Shown: positions 21,210-31,923, counted from the first letter of the stretch. The stretch is 64,000 nucleotides of DNA from a virus (IMGVR_UViG_3300028833_000137), one strand, 5' to 3'. Program-made: numbers and translations. Notes: generated by a model not told the origin, from the letters alone.

Positions 21210-21721
21210 TAAAATTCATTCTCCTTTTCCTTAATAAAAGTAATAGCATCATCAATGTTAGATACAAGAATTCCACCTTGTTTGATTAAACCTGTGACAT
21301 ATAGATTTTGATAACTATATTGTTGTTCTCCAAGCGCGGCAGCACCGCCAGCATTTTTTGCTTCGCTGTGGGTAAGGTACATTTGACGATTATCTGTGCA
21401 AATGCCTACAATATATTTATGGTCGCCGCGTTCAATCTTCTCATGGAATTTACCGATTTCTGCACAAGTTCCAGCAGGAAGAATATCGCCGTCAATACAA
21501 GCAATGAGAATATCGGTATTATTTAATCTAATATTATCACCATTAGCAATTTCTTGTGAACCTGCGAATTTCTTTTTGCCTTCTGCTCCATTGATTTCTG
21601 TATTTTCAATTGGACTATATAAGTCTACATTAGGTATCGCTGCGCGAATTTTTGCGGCCCATTCTGTGTTTCGCAGAACATCACCGTGATAGAATATTGA
21701 ACCAGCTAAATAAATTTTCAT
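21209..21721 (-). CDS. nucleoside 2-deoxyribosyltransferase-like protein, copy 2
   Basis: MKIYLAGS N-terminus. Abuts the permease gene with stop and start codons overlapping. Confidence 0.45.
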   Translation of the reverse strand: MKIYLAGSIFYHGDVLRNTEWAAKIRAAIPNVDLYSPIENTEINGAEGKKKFAGSQEIANGDNIRLNNTDILIACIDGDILPAGTCAEIGKFHEKIERGDHKYIVGICTDNRQMYLTHSEAKNAGGAAALGEQQYSYQNLYVTGLIKQGGILVSNIDDAITFIKEKENEF

Positions 21722-22081
21722 ATTATTCCTCCGTTAATCTAGGGTCTCAAAATACCAATGTTTTTCTTCTTCAGTTCCATGTGCTTCTAGCCAATCCCAC
21801 TCTAATTCATTATACTTATAATAAAGGTCTGAATAGATTTTAGAAAGTTCTTCATTGCCCTCATCATACCAATACCAGCACTTGTGATTTAAAGCGGTTA
21901 CAAACGCGGCCATTGCTTGGACATCATCACAATAAGTCTCGTAGGTTTGAGTGACCCATTCTTCAAGATAATCCTCGTTTAGACCTGATAGAATCCAAAA
22001 CTTTAGTTTGAGTTCCTCAAAATAATTATTCATATTTTACTCCTTTTTTCTTTTATTATATCATAAATTTTGAAAAAAGTC

Positions 22082-22114
22082 AAAAAATAAAAGAGGGAGA
22101 TTTCTCTCCCTCTT
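22082..22114 (-). terminator. rho-independent terminator
   Basis: Minus-strand hairpin AAGAGGGAGAGAAAUCUCCCUCUU followed by UUUAUUUUUU, after the stop of 22119..22322. A TTGACT promoter lies just beyond it. Confidence 0.6.
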
Positions 22115-22326
22115 ACAATCAGCTCACGGGATCCAGCTCTGGTCCCTCTTCTTCATCGTCTTTTTCAACAAACTGGGCCATAAATTCTTCATCATCTACA
22201 CCAACAATATCGCAAAGAGCAGAAAATGCTTCTTGGCTTACATCTTTGCCATTTAGTAAAGCCATAACTAATTCTTTTTTGGCATCTCCATACCAAGGAT
22301 TTTTACGTAACATATCTATCATCTCC

Positions 22327-23595
22327 TTAATCTAATAAAGTGGCTAATTCAGCCATTTTTGACCTTTCGGTCTTTATTAAATCAACACAGCCAAACATTG
22401 GTTGTCCTACCAACTTTTTCTGCATTGCTTTAATTCCATTATCTTTCTCAAATATTTCTTTATCTACTTGTCCGTGATAATCACCATTAATAATAATTTC
22501 AGACCCCTCTCCTAAACGAGAAATTAATAATTTTATTTGAGAACTTGTAAGATTTTGTCCTTCAGTAACATAAATAATAGCATTCTCCCAGCTGCGGCCG
22601 CGGCAGAAACCTAAATTTACAGCTTCTATTTGATCTTGAGAAGTAAAAATTTCAAGGGCTTCATCGCCACCAAGAATATCCTTAATAGGTCCAAGACCCC
22701 AGCCAATTTTTTGCTCTATATCATTTGGTAGAAATCCAATTTGTGGAGTATCTTTTAAATCAATTAGATTACGAACAAAGACCAACTTATTTTTCTTTCC
22801 TTTTTCAATTAAATTGAGCGCGTGTATAAGAGCGCAATAATCTTTGCCGCTACCATAAACACCAGTAATAAGTTTTATTGGAATATTTGGATTTTGTAAT
22901 AAATCAAACATCATTTTTTGATTTAAATTGCGTGGTGAAACTTTTATACCTAGAGTTTTATTTTCAATATTTGTATAACGCAATCTTTGATATGATTTAC
23001 CATCCCATCGTAATATATCGGCTAAATTGCCTTCTTTGTCAAATATTTCGCAATATTCATTCACTTTTGCGTTTAATACATTTTGATTTAGTCCTTCTGA
23101 ATATAGAGTTATAAGTTCATCATCCGTTGGATAATACTTTCCATAACCACAGTAAAATGCTTCTTTAATTTGTTCTTGTTCTGGTTCATTTAAATATGTG
23201 ACTTCCTGTAACTCTAAATATTGCGCTATTTCGTATAATGCGCCATCACTCGTTACGAAATTCACATGTGCCTTCTTTCTATTAATAATTACTGCTTCGC
23301 ATAATAAATAGTGGTCATTAATATCCATTAAGAAGGGATATTCTTTAAAAATTTTATCTACCTGCTTCTGTGAAACAGGTAGAACTTTTATTTTTTTATT
23401 GGAAAGTATAGCACGAACAGCTCGTCGTGCCTTATATTTGAGATTATCATCTTTATGAATAGAGGTTTTTATATTCTCTAATTCTGCTATGGCTAATGGA
23501 CTAATATAAATATTGTCATATAAATCTAATGCTCCATTTAAAATAGCAGAAGTATCAAGAAAATTAATCACATTATCACGCCCCAATAATTTCAT
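22327..23595 (-). CDS. PIN-domain plus PhoH-like ATPase (YlaK-like)
   Basis: N-terminal PIN-like fold followed by a degenerate P-loop GVYGSGKD. Architecture of PhoH-like proteins common in phages. Confidence 0.45.
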   Translation of the reverse strand: MKLLGRDNVINFLDTSAILNGALDLYDNIYISPLAIAELENIKTSIHKDDNLKYKARRAVRAILSNKKIKVLPVSQKQVDKIFKEYPFLMDINDHYLLCEAVIINRKKAHVNFVTSDGALYEIAQYLELQEVTYLNEPEQEQIKEAFYCGYGKYYPTDDELITLYSEGLNQNVLNAKVNEYCEIFDKEGNLADILRWDGKSYQRLRYTNIENKTLGIKVSPRNLNQKMMFDLLQNPNIPIKLITGVYGSGKDYCALIHALNLIEKGKKNKLVFVRNLIDLKDTPQIGFLPNDIEQKIGWGLGPIKDILGGDEALEIFTSQDQIEAVNLGFCRGRSWENAIIYVTEGQNLTSSQIKLLISRLGEGSEIIINGDYHGQVDKEIFEKDNGIKAMQKKLVGQPMFGCVDLIKTERSKMAELATLLD

Positions 23596-24172
23596 CTATT
23601 AATCCATACTGTAGCATTTCTTCAGCGGTAAGATACCATTGCTTTCTATGATGAGCCGCATACAGTTCTTCAGAGATATTAGTATTTTTGACTACATAAT
23701 CGCGAATTTTATTATCAACTGCGCGATTAAAATCAATTACATCATCTACCGAAGTTGACTCGCCGCCAACATAAGTTTGGCCGCTATGGAATAAAGCAAA
23801 TGAAAATGGGTAAGCTTTTTTTGTAATGTTTGGATTTTTGTTTCCAGAGCATAATATAATTGTTCCCATACTACAAGAATATGAAGGAACAATAATTTCT
23901 AATGGGTGCTTATAGTTATCTATAACATTGCATAGCATAAGCCCATCTGCTACTGAACCGCCTGGAGTATTTAAAATTAATGTAATTGGAGTGTCATCTT
24001 TATCATTTTCAAAGTCTTTTAATGGAAGAACTACTGTTTCTAAAATACTTTCATCAATTTCTGAATTTAAAATAATAGTTCTTTTATTTAAGAGTTGATT
24101 AAAATACTGATACATAACTGGGTCTAAAGTGCTAACATCGTTAGCAAAACCCAAAAATTCTAGGTCGCTCAT
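23576..24172 (-). CDS. ClpP-like serine protease
   Basis: LNTPGGSVADGLMLCNVI...SYSCSMGTIIL aligns with ClpP GGSVTAGLAIYDTM...GQAASMGAFLL, including the catalytic Ser. Confidence 0.55.
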   Translation of the reverse strand: MSDLEFLGFANDVSTLDPVMYQYFNQLLNKRTIILNSEIDESILETVVLPLKDFENDKDDTPITLILNTPGGSVADGLMLCNVIDNYKHPLEIIVPSYSCSMGTIILCSGNKNPNITKKAYPFSFALFHSGQTYVGGESTSVDDVIDFNRAVDNKIRDYVVKNTNISEELYAAHHRKQWYLTAEEMLQYGLIDEIIGA

Positions 24173-24214
24173 TTAATCCTCCTCGTTGTCGGAGGGACAA
24201 CTTATTTATTTATA

Positions 24215-25342
24215 TTAAGAAAGAATTTTTGACAATGTACAATCTTTTGGATTGATGTCATTCTTTCTAATACTCTTTATATAAGGGTGGCGAATTGAAA
24301 TACCGGTTCCATCACTTTCTGCTTGAGCCGTTGAAACCATCATTCCACCAATAGTTAGCGGGCACATATACCATTCATCAAAATTATCACGAAGTTCAGT
24401 TTTGAAATCTTCTGTTAAACCAGCGACTTTACACAATGGAATGATATTGCCATTATCGTCGTATACACTAGTATAAATAGCGCCGGGCCATCCATAAAAG
24501 TATCCTTTAGATACTGGACGAATAGCTCTGCCATTACGATATTCGCCATACAACTCACCAGTTATTTTTTCGCCGCTGCGCTCATCTTCCCAAAGATTCC
24601 AAGAGCCAATATCTTTACCAGTATAATCCCGCACAGCAGGCTCAACACCAGTAATGAAACAATCTACATCTGCGGAAATTTCTTGCTTTACTTTACAAGT
24701 GTCCCAAGCAGAAGGACCCCGCTTTCCTGGAATATAAATAGAAGAACGCTTATAGCAAACAGCACCTTCGCCACCTTCAGAAAAAATATTATTTAAATCA
24801 TCAAAGAAATCTTCATCCATATAATGATAATCAATTCCAGTAACGAGTGGGCTGTTTATCATTTTTACTACTTCTGGAATAAATTTGACACGCTCTTCTA
24901 CAGCAGTATTCATCATATCTTTTCCGTTTAGAGCAAGTATATCAAAAATACGCCATTCAAGTTTCTTATCTTTTTGTCGGGCTTGGGCTTTAGGGTCTAA
25001 GCAGCGTAGAATAGAACCCACATCTTTATCAATGCCCCCAGGTAGATAAACTTCACCAAGTATCACTGTAGTGTCAGTGAACGCATTTACTACATCTTCC
25101 CAAAAGAAAACTTTGTTTTGAATTTCGCCATAAGTGCCAGTTTTCTTACTAATGCCGCGAGTTTGAAGAACATTGCGTTCTGGTGTAATAACAGCGCGAG
25201 ACCAGTTACCATCATACTTGCGGCTCCAGATATATTGACCGCTTGCAATCATTTGTTCAAGATGTTGGCGTTTAACAGCGGGAGACATAGAGCTCGCGGG
25301 CGCCCAATAGCGCATTGGTTCACTAGTGAAATAATCAATCAT
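24215..25342 (-). CDS. ATP-dependent DNA ligase
   Basis: Nucleotidyltransferase motif I KYDG in WSRKYDGNW. Length 375 aa. Confidence 0.5.
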   Translation of the reverse strand: MIDYFTSEPMRYWAPASSMSPAVKRQHLEQMIASGQYIWSRKYDGNWSRAVITPERNVLQTRGISKKTGTYGEIQNKVFFWEDVVNAFTDTTVILGEVYLPGGIDKDVGSILRCLDPKAQARQKDKKLEWRIFDILALNGKDMMNTAVEERVKFIPEVVKMINSPLVTGIDYHYMDEDFFDDLNNIFSEGGEGAVCYKRSSIYIPGKRGPSAWDTCKVKQEISADVDCFITGVEPAVRDYTGKDIGSWNLWEDERSGEKITGELYGEYRNGRAIRPVSKGYFYGWPGAIYTSVYDDNGNIIPLCKVAGLTEDFKTELRDNFDEWYMCPLTIGGMMVSTAQAESDGTGISIRHPYIKSIRKNDINPKDCTLSKILS

Positions 25343-25913
25343 AAAAATGCTCCTCTTTTAGAATTTCATCTACACTACCTTCTAGGTCTTCAAGTCCCTT
25401 ACAATTCTCTATAATCCAGTTAAATGCGAAATTATCAAGTTCACACTCACTGATGTGTTTTAATTGGTCAGTAGTCATGTTGGGATTTTCCCAATCTAGG
25501 CCATTTTCATCATATCTTATTACACGAATAGTAATTGTTTCATTATTTTGAATGGCAGCATAATCATAAACAATTTCATATTCGTTTATAAAACGCCAAT
25601 CAGGAATTAGAATATAATCAAAAAAACTATGCTCTGGAATAGTATAGGCGTCAATAAATTTTCCAATAATTTCAGCCCAATACTCTGGGTAGCGGCCGCG
25701 CATAACAGTTGTTCCAATTTCTTGTAATAGACTGCGGCCTGCTTCATCCTTTTCACCATTCCAATTAAAATATTGTGTCGCATAGTATTTAACTAAATCT
25801 GCAAAGTGCATAATTAATACACGCTTTCCAGCATTCTCTAGATTTCTTTTCATAATATTTGCTACGGTGTCTTTACCGGACATGCTCTTCCCACTAATCA
25901 TTATTACTTTCAT
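25335..25913 (-). CDS. deoxynucleoside monophosphate kinase (T4 gp1-like)
   Basis: MKVIMISGKSMSGKDTVANIM matches T4 gp1 MKLIFLSGVKRSGKDTTADFIM. LIPDWRFINEYE matches gp1 IVPDTRQDHEMD. Confidence 0.7.
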   Translation of the reverse strand: MKVIMISGKSMSGKDTVANIMKRNLENAGKRVLIMHFADLVKYYATQYFNWNGEKDEAGRSLLQEIGTTVMRGRYPEYWAEIIGKFIDAYTIPEHSFFDYILIPDWRFINEYEIVYDYAAIQNNETITIRVIRYDENGLDWENPNMTTDQLKHISECELDNFAFNWIIENCKGLEDLEGSVDEILKEEHFYD

Positions 25914-26441
25914 TCTTCAATTGCTCCAATCTTAATTTAAAATAAAAATCAACAAATTCTTTATCCTCTTCATTAATACAAGAATTAGCAAAATCGGATA
26001 CCATTTTTACGCCTTCAAAAATATTTTTTTGTTTTAGTGCTAAATCAACCCAATATTTTGCTAAATCTCTTATGTATTGAGGCACATTAGGAAATAATTC
26101 AACCATTGCTTTGTTCCTCTTGTAATTTTTTTACTGCATCAAAAAATGCTTGAACTTCTTCTTTTGATGTAAGTGTGATACGCTGTACTGGAATAGCGGC
26201 GCAGCGCTCGTCGTTATCGGGCATTTCAAAAATGTAGTATCGTTCTGGTTCTGGATCTCCATAATTAGCAGAATAAGCTACTCTACTACAAAGACATTTT
26301 CCAGTTTTTTTACTATAAATTTTAGCCGCGATATGAGTTTCACCGATTTCTTCAATCTTTACATCACGACATTCAGGTTTAATTTGGTTTACAAAACCTT
26401 TATAATCTTCTCGTGTTACTTCATAAATACTAGTATCCATA

Positions 26442-26942
26442 TTAACCTCGCCAATGTATTTTTAGCGTTTCTGCTTCTAATTGGGCAAGTTGGTCACAAC
26501 GCTCATTCCAGTAATTACCAGCATGCCCCTCAACTTTTCGGAAATCATACCAAAAATTATCAAAGAAAGGCACAATTTCTATCCATAAATCTTGGTTTGC
26601 TACTGGTTGCTTTTTAGAATTTTGCCATCCATTGGTTCGCCAATTATTATACCATTCTTGATTATAGCAATTAATGGCATAAGCAGAATCACTATAAATA
26701 ATTACTTTTTCACCTTTTTGGCGGATATTCTGTGCATACTTTAATGCTTCAAGAATAGCTTTTAATTCCATGCGCTGGTTAGTAGTCATTGGAACGCTTC
26801 CAGATTTATGATAAAAATCGTTTCCTTCTCTTAGCGCATAAAAAGCCCAACCGCCAAATGTAGATTGTTGTCCCATTTTCTTTAATGAACCGTCAGTATA
26901 AATTTCAAGCGGTATAATTTTTTCTTTACTACGCTTTTCCAC
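26442..26942 (-). CDS. ribonuclease H (RNase HI family)
   Basis: Motifs TDGS, NQRMELKA, IYSDSAY and VEGHAGNYWNERCDQLA match the RNase HI DEDD catalytic signature. Confidence 0.75.
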   Translation of the reverse strand: MEKRSKEKIIPLEIYTDGSLKKMGQQSTFGGWAFYALREGNDFYHKSGSVPMTTNQRMELKAILEALKYAQNIRQKGEKVIIYSDSAYAINCYNQEWYNNWRTNGWQNSKKQPVANQDLWIEIVPFFDNFWYDFRKVEGHAGNYWNERCDQLAQLEAETLKIHWRG

Positions 26943-27008
26943 AGAATATCCTCCTTTTCTTATAATAATATTATATAATAAAATATAAAAAAAGTCAAGG
27001 AAGAAGCA

Positions 27009-27218
27009 TTATGCTTCTTCCTCTTCTTTTAGTTCTGGTAGACCGGCAATACTAGTTAATAAACTTAATATGCCCGCAAGCACAGAAGCAGATGCTACCA
27101 TTACCCAATTAACTTCTGAAATAACAGCACTAGTGCCAATTGTTGCTACAGCCGTTTGAGCTACTGTTTTTAGCGCACGAACGCTTGCCGCCGCGATCCA
27201 TTTTTTGAAATTAGTCAT
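27009..27218 (-). CDS. holin-like small membrane protein
   Basis: 69 aa, two transmembrane helices, acidic C-terminal tail EEEEA. Confidence 0.35.
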   Translation of the reverse strand: MTNFKKWIAAASVRALKTVAQTAVATIGTSAVISEVNWVMVASASVLAGILSLLTSIAGLPELKEEEEA

Positions 27219-27726
27219 TTGATATTCCCTCCCTGTTTTCTAAGAAATCATTTTTACGAATACGCTCTGCATATAGTTCTTTAATATAATCATATTCAGC
27301 TTCAAACTCGCCATTGCTGTCATCGGTTTGTTCTAATAGTTGAATATACTTATGATTTAATTTATCTATATGCCGATATTCATCACGAGTATGTTTTCTG
27401 CCATTATGACATGAATTAGCAAAATCTAAAATTTCCCAGCGTATACGATCTTTTTCATTCGTCATTACTTCTTGATTAATATTATTTATGTCGGTTTTAA
27501 GATTATTTACTGATTGAACTAATCCATCAATTTTATTGACTTTTTCAATCAAGCCGTCAATTTTAGTGCACGCATCACCGGTGATTAATTTTCCAATCCA
27601 TTTAACTAAGGCAGACCAAGGATTTATTTTTATGGGAGCAATTTGAATAAATAAAGAGCCAAAAACAATTATTTGCCATAAGTTTTTACCTATCCACTCC
27701 CATATTTGTTGGGCTTGTATCCCCAT
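27211..27726 (-). CDS. membrane-anchored coiled-coil protein, possibly lysis-associated
   Basis: N-terminal transmembrane segment followed by a coiled coil. ATGA overlap with the holin-like gene. Confidence 0.2.
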   Translation of the reverse strand: MGIQAQQIWEWIGKNLWQIIVFGSLFIQIAPIKINPWSALVKWIGKLITGDACTKIDGLIEKVNKIDGLVQSVNNLKTDINNINQEVMTNEKDRIRWEILDFANSCHNGRKHTRDEYRHIDKLNHKYIQLLEQTDDSNGEFEAEYDYIKELYAERIRKNDFLENREGISND

Positions 27727-27818
27727 TGGCCTTCCCCTCCATAAAAAAGAATGAATGAGATTTTATTTCTCATGAGATATGTGGTAGATATAAAGAAGGG
27801 ATTGAATAAAATGTTCTA

Positions 27819-29945
27819 TTAAAAACTCATGGCTTCATTTATATTACTTAATATATCAAGTATGCCAGCGAGGAAATGCATATCTAGTTTTGTTGCTCCC
27901 ATGGCGGCTTCACTTGTAGCTTCCCAATCGGATATTTCTAAATGACCGTCTGAATTTATTGGCCCATTATTATATGTATATAATGTTGCTTTTATTCCAC
28001 CTTTTAAATTTGATTTAATGTCTGTGCTTGCTTTTATTAATGTATTGTAAGTTTGTTGCAATATAAAAGAATTTGGCATATATATTCCATTAATAGTATA
28101 TAAATGAATATCATTTGCGCCAGTATCATTATAGCCTATTTGTCTAATAGCATCTTCAAACATTAACTGAGCATCATTAAACATTAAAAAACCAATCATT
28201 GTTGAAAAATAATTTTCTAAAGAACTTTTATTATTTTGGCCTATTGCTCCACCGCCAGCATTTAACATAGCAAACAGTAACCAGTTAATATCAGCAGAAG
28301 TAAGAAAGCCATTCATTGTTTCTTGTATAATGGATAATTGTTCAAAAATGTTAGAACCGAATGATGCTCCCTGTAATCCTTGATATTCACGATTGTTTTC
28401 TCCAATACTAATATATCCTTTAATAGAGCCATGAATATTTACGCTATTTAAAAAATTATTAATGATTTCTTCTTCATCTTCTATGCTTTGCAATGTTTGT
28501 TGAATAATGATATTTTGTTTTGTTCGTAAATTGCGTAAAGTTGCAATATTTGCTTTGTAGTTTGTTAAATCAATAGTAGTTTGAACATTCTTAAAGGCTT
28601 CTTCTCTTTGAGAAGATATTAATTTTTGAGCTTTTTCAACTTTTTGATTCGCTTTTTCATTTTCTGTAATTGTAAAAAATAATCTTCCGGCTAAATAGTC
28701 ATTAGTAGGGTTTTTATTACCTCCTAAAGTTCCATCTAATCCAGCGGAAATCATTTCCATGAGAGTTATTTGTTCACTGGCATAGTAATATTGAATTGAT
28801 ACGTTTTGACTACTTAAATACATTTGTTTAAGTGTTTCATCATCAGCTCCTATTTTTTTTCTCCATTTATCGAAATTTTTTCCGCGTCTACCATGGGGCT
28901 TAATTTGTTTATAAGATTGAAGTAAACGATTTTTAATTATTTCTATTTGTTGTTCTATATCTTCTATTTCTTTAACATTTTTATCCATACCCATTTGTTT
29001 TGCCATAGAAGTCAAAGCTGGTTTTAAAGCAGAAGATTTTTCTAAAGATTCCATAAAATCAGTAAATTCTTTTCCTTCTATTATTTTTTCCATTTCTTCT
29101 TGATATTGTGGGGCATTATCTTGTGTTTTTATTTTGGTTGCTTCTATTCCTTTAGTTATAATAAATATTTCATTAGCTTTATCAATAAGGGTTTTTAATA
29201 AACTATTCATTTCACCCCCATTTAATTCTAATTGTTTTCTTATTGTAAATAACTTACTCCCATATTTTTTTATTATTATTTCTGTTAATATGCTTATATT
29301 ACTTTTATTAGAAAAAATACTATTAATGACAGTACTTGTTTTTCCTGTTTTGTCATCATTTTGAAAACTGCTTAATTGAGTACGATTAGAATAATAATGC
29401 TCTGCTTTTATCTGGCTGCGCTCTTTAGAGTTCGTTATATCTTTTACTAAATTTTCTGCTTCTGATATTAATTTTTTTCTTTCTTCTGCTCGTGCGAGTT
29501 CTTGTTCTAATTGTTTTTTAAATGGTTCAAAATTTTTTATTATACTATTTAATTTAATAATTAACCTCATATAATCATCTTTAACGCTTTCAATACCAGG
29601 AGGAATTTGCTTTTCAGGAAATTGCTTTAAAAAATTTTCTATAAATTTTTCTTCTTTAATTCTTTCATTAGATGCAGCTTTTTGTAAATATTGAAGAGCC
29701 ATGTCCATTTTTGTTTGTGGTTCTCCATTTTTAGAGGATGTTAATTGTCCCAATCCGCTATTTAAATAATTTACCGCATCGTTATAAGCCCTTACTCCTT
29801 GAGGAGTTTTTACATTAGCTAATGATGAATAATAAACGTATCTTGCTCCGACCGTAAATGGATATCCATTTTCAGCCATAAAATATTTTGAATAGTCTAT
29901 TTTTGTTTTTTTCGTGCTAGTTTTTTTCATTCTTTCACCTCCCAT
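27819..29945 (-). CDS. large hypothetical protein (708 aa)
   Basis: Long ORF with coiled-coil segments and no recognised motif. Confidence 0.3.
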   Translation of the reverse strand: MGGERMKKTSTKKTKIDYSKYFMAENGYPFTVGARYVYYSSLANVKTPQGVRAYNDAVNYLNSGLGQLTSSKNGEPQTKMDMALQYLQKAASNERIKEEKFIENFLKQFPEKQIPPGIESVKDDYMRLIIKLNSIIKNFEPFKKQLEQELARAEERKKLISEAENLVKDITNSKERSQIKAEHYYSNRTQLSSFQNDDKTGKTSTVINSIFSNKSNISILTEIIIKKYGSKLFTIRKQLELNGGEMNSLLKTLIDKANEIFIITKGIEATKIKTQDNAPQYQEEMEKIIEGKEFTDFMESLEKSSALKPALTSMAKQMGMDKNVKEIEDIEQQIEIIKNRLLQSYKQIKPHGRRGKNFDKWRKKIGADDETLKQMYLSSQNVSIQYYYASEQITLMEMISAGLDGTLGGNKNPTNDYLAGRLFFTITENEKANQKVEKAQKLISSQREEAFKNVQTTIDLTNYKANIATLRNLRTKQNIIIQQTLQSIEDEEEIINNFLNSVNIHGSIKGYISIGENNREYQGLQGASFGSNIFEQLSIIQETMNGFLTSADINWLLFAMLNAGGGAIGQNNKSSLENYFSTMIGFLMFNDAQLMFEDAIRQIGYNDTGANDIHLYTINGIYMPNSFILQQTYNTLIKASTDIKSNLKGGIKATLYTYNNGPINSDGHLEISDWEATSEAAMGATKLDMHFLAGILDILSNINEAMSF

Positions 29946-29947
29946 AT

Positions 29948-29975
29948 AAAAAAATCGCCCGCATTAGCGGGCGTC
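29948..29975 (-). terminator. rho-independent terminator
   Basis: Minus-strand hairpin CGCCCGCUAAUGCGGGCG followed by AUUUUUUUAU, overlapping the stop of 29964..30212. Confidence 0.6.
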
Positions 29976-30531
29976 ACGTTCATAAAAAAACTTTAAAAGT
30001 TTTGATTCATCCGCGGCTGAATTACAAAAGATTTCATATTCATCTCCATGTTCATCCGCAAGCCTTCCCAAAGCAATGTAGGCAGATAATGAACTTTTTA
30101 GATTAAATTGTTCGCTACCATCATTCTTGAGAAGTAACACATCATTCTTACATTCCTTAATTGCTTCAATAAAAGCATTTAAATCTTTAATATTGGATAG
30201 AAACTTACTCATTCTATTACATCCCTCACAATCCTGTCGTAATGTATTGGGTCGATTTTTCTATATTCAGACCATTTAACTAGATTATCAACTGATGCTG
30301 GTTCACTTAAATCATATTCTTCACGCCAACCTGACCAATCATAAAACTTGTCAAAATAACGAAAAAGGAAATGCCCGTCTACAAGATCGTACCAAATTTC
30401 ACCTTTGAAACGCATCTTGAGAATGCGCGCGAAATAATAGCAATTTTGTTCCATCCAATTGTCTTTTTGTGAAAAGCGTCGTTTAATAAATTCTTCAATT
30501 TTATCCATTCCGAATACCTCCTTGGATATAT

Positions 30532-31158
30532 TTAAGATTCATTCCATTTAGAATTATAATAATAAGAAGGAATAACTTCTTTCCATCCGGTAGTTGCTCC
30601 TGTATAATAATATACTGTACAATCACGCCATTGATTATTATAATAGTATTTTGCCGGATTTATGCCTTCAAAAGTAATAGTTAAACTGGCATATCCGCTG
30701 CCTAAATTAACTTGTTGACCGTGCGCGGAACAAGCGACAACAAAACCATATATACCATTATTTAAAAAGCTCCCACTTAAAGCAAGGCCGCTTTTTGTTT
30801 TGGTATACCGTGTTTTTTTGACCCATGTATCTTGATCACCTGTACTAACAATTGTGACTGAATCATTACCATTATTACCAACGACATAATAACCTATCCA
30901 GCTACCTGCATCATTAGCATTATCAAAATAGCAACTACATGAAAGAGCAGTAACTTTAGTAGCATAATGTGTGGTATCTCCGCTTACTTGGCAATAACTT
31001 CCCCAATATTCGCCAATTCCTGTTCTAGTCGCCAATCCGGCTTGACTTGCACTAAATGTTTTTGTTCCCCAAGTCCAACTACTTTGGTGAGCAGAATATG
31101 GGGTTAATATTGTGCCACTTCTTTGCGGCCAAGTGTATGTGCGTGTATATGTTGCCAT
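30532..31158 (-). CDS. hypothetical Trp/Tyr-rich protein
   Basis: ORF with upstream GGAGGAAUAAUAUG. Its 5'UTR contains one of the stem-CAGCAAU elements. Confidence 0.3.
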   Translation of the reverse strand: MATYTRTYTWPQRSGTILTPYSAHQSSWTWGTKTFSASQAGLATRTGIGEYWGSYCQVSGDTTHYATKVTALSCSCYFDNANDAGSWIGYYVVGNNGNDSVTIVSTGDQDTWVKKTRYTKTKSGLALSGSFLNNGIYGFVVACSAHGQQVNLGSGYASLTITFEGINPAKYYYNNQWRDCTVYYYTGATTGWKEVIPSYYYNSKWNES

Positions 31159-31174
31159 ATTATTCCTCCAAAAC

Positions 31175-31245
31175 TAGACGCCTTATAAATAAAAATAAAA
31201 TGGAGCTGAAAAATAATTGCTGTTGTTTCGGCACAATGGCGTCTA
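31175..31245 (-). ncRNA. stem-CAGCAAU element (family member, short form)
   Basis: 9-bp terminal helix UAGACGCC/GGCGUCUA with AACAGCAAUU immediately 3' of the 5' strand. Sits in the 5'UTR of 30532..31158. Confidence 0.4.
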
Positions 31246-31252
31246 AAATGAG

Positions 31253-31325
31253 CAGGCGTGGCTGGATTTGAACCAGCGAATGCATGGGTCAAAGCCATGT
31301 GCCTTAACCGCTTGGCTACACGCCT
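31253..31325 (-). tRNA. tRNA-Gln(UUG)
   Basis: Cloverleaf with D-arm GCCAAGCGGUUAAGGC (E. coli Gln-like), anticodon loop CUUUGAC, T-arm GCUGG-UUCAAAU-CCAGC. No encoded CCA. Confidence 0.65.
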
Positions 31326-31329
31326 ATAT

Positions 31330-31403
31330 TGGAGCGCCATATGGGACTCGAACCCACAACAGATGCTTGGAAGGCACCTATGTTACCGTTACACTAATGG
31401 CGC
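31330..31403 (-). tRNA. tRNA-Gly(UCC)
   Basis: Acceptor GCGCCAU/AUGGCGC, anticodon loop CUUCCAA, T-loop UUCGAGU, encoded CCA. Confidence 0.75.
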
Positions 31404-31510
31404 ATATTAAAGGATGATATGGGTCCTTACAACAGCTTGGAGTATTAACTTTGACTTTATTAATCGTATTGCGCATATACCTATTATAAAGACTGTTGTC
31501 ATATCATATT

Positions 31511-31531
31511 TAGTGTAGGGAATCGAACCCT
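31511..31531 (-). other. orphan T-arm-like motif (UAGGG-UUCGAUU-CCCUA) with no resolvable cloverleaf
   Basis: Reverse-complement GGAATCGAACC-type motif lacking complementary acceptor or anticodon arms. Lies at the edge of a 390-nt ORF-free region. Confidence 0.3.
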
Positions 31532-31923
31532 AATATTTTTAATTCATATACTCAAGAATTTAAAAATATAACCATTCACTCCATAGAATAATGCGGGTAA
31601 GGATTTGCACCTTACATGATATTGTTTCCAAAATGCCAGCACTTTTTCAGCGACGATTCCAATATCTTACGTGTAGCGTCTACCTGTTCCGCCACCGCAT
31701 TATGTAGTAACCCCGTGTTTATTCTCTTGAGCTTTCTGCACGCTACTCTGGCCAGCTCAATATTTGTGGTGTGCTTTTACGCTAAACTTCATATTTCTAT
31801 TATCCATCTACACATCATACTTATAGGACATTATAACAAACGTAGCCTATAATACATTTCGCACAAATGGAGAAATTAAAGACTCATTATCAGGTGGCTG
31901 CTTCCAAGCCTACTGTCCACATT

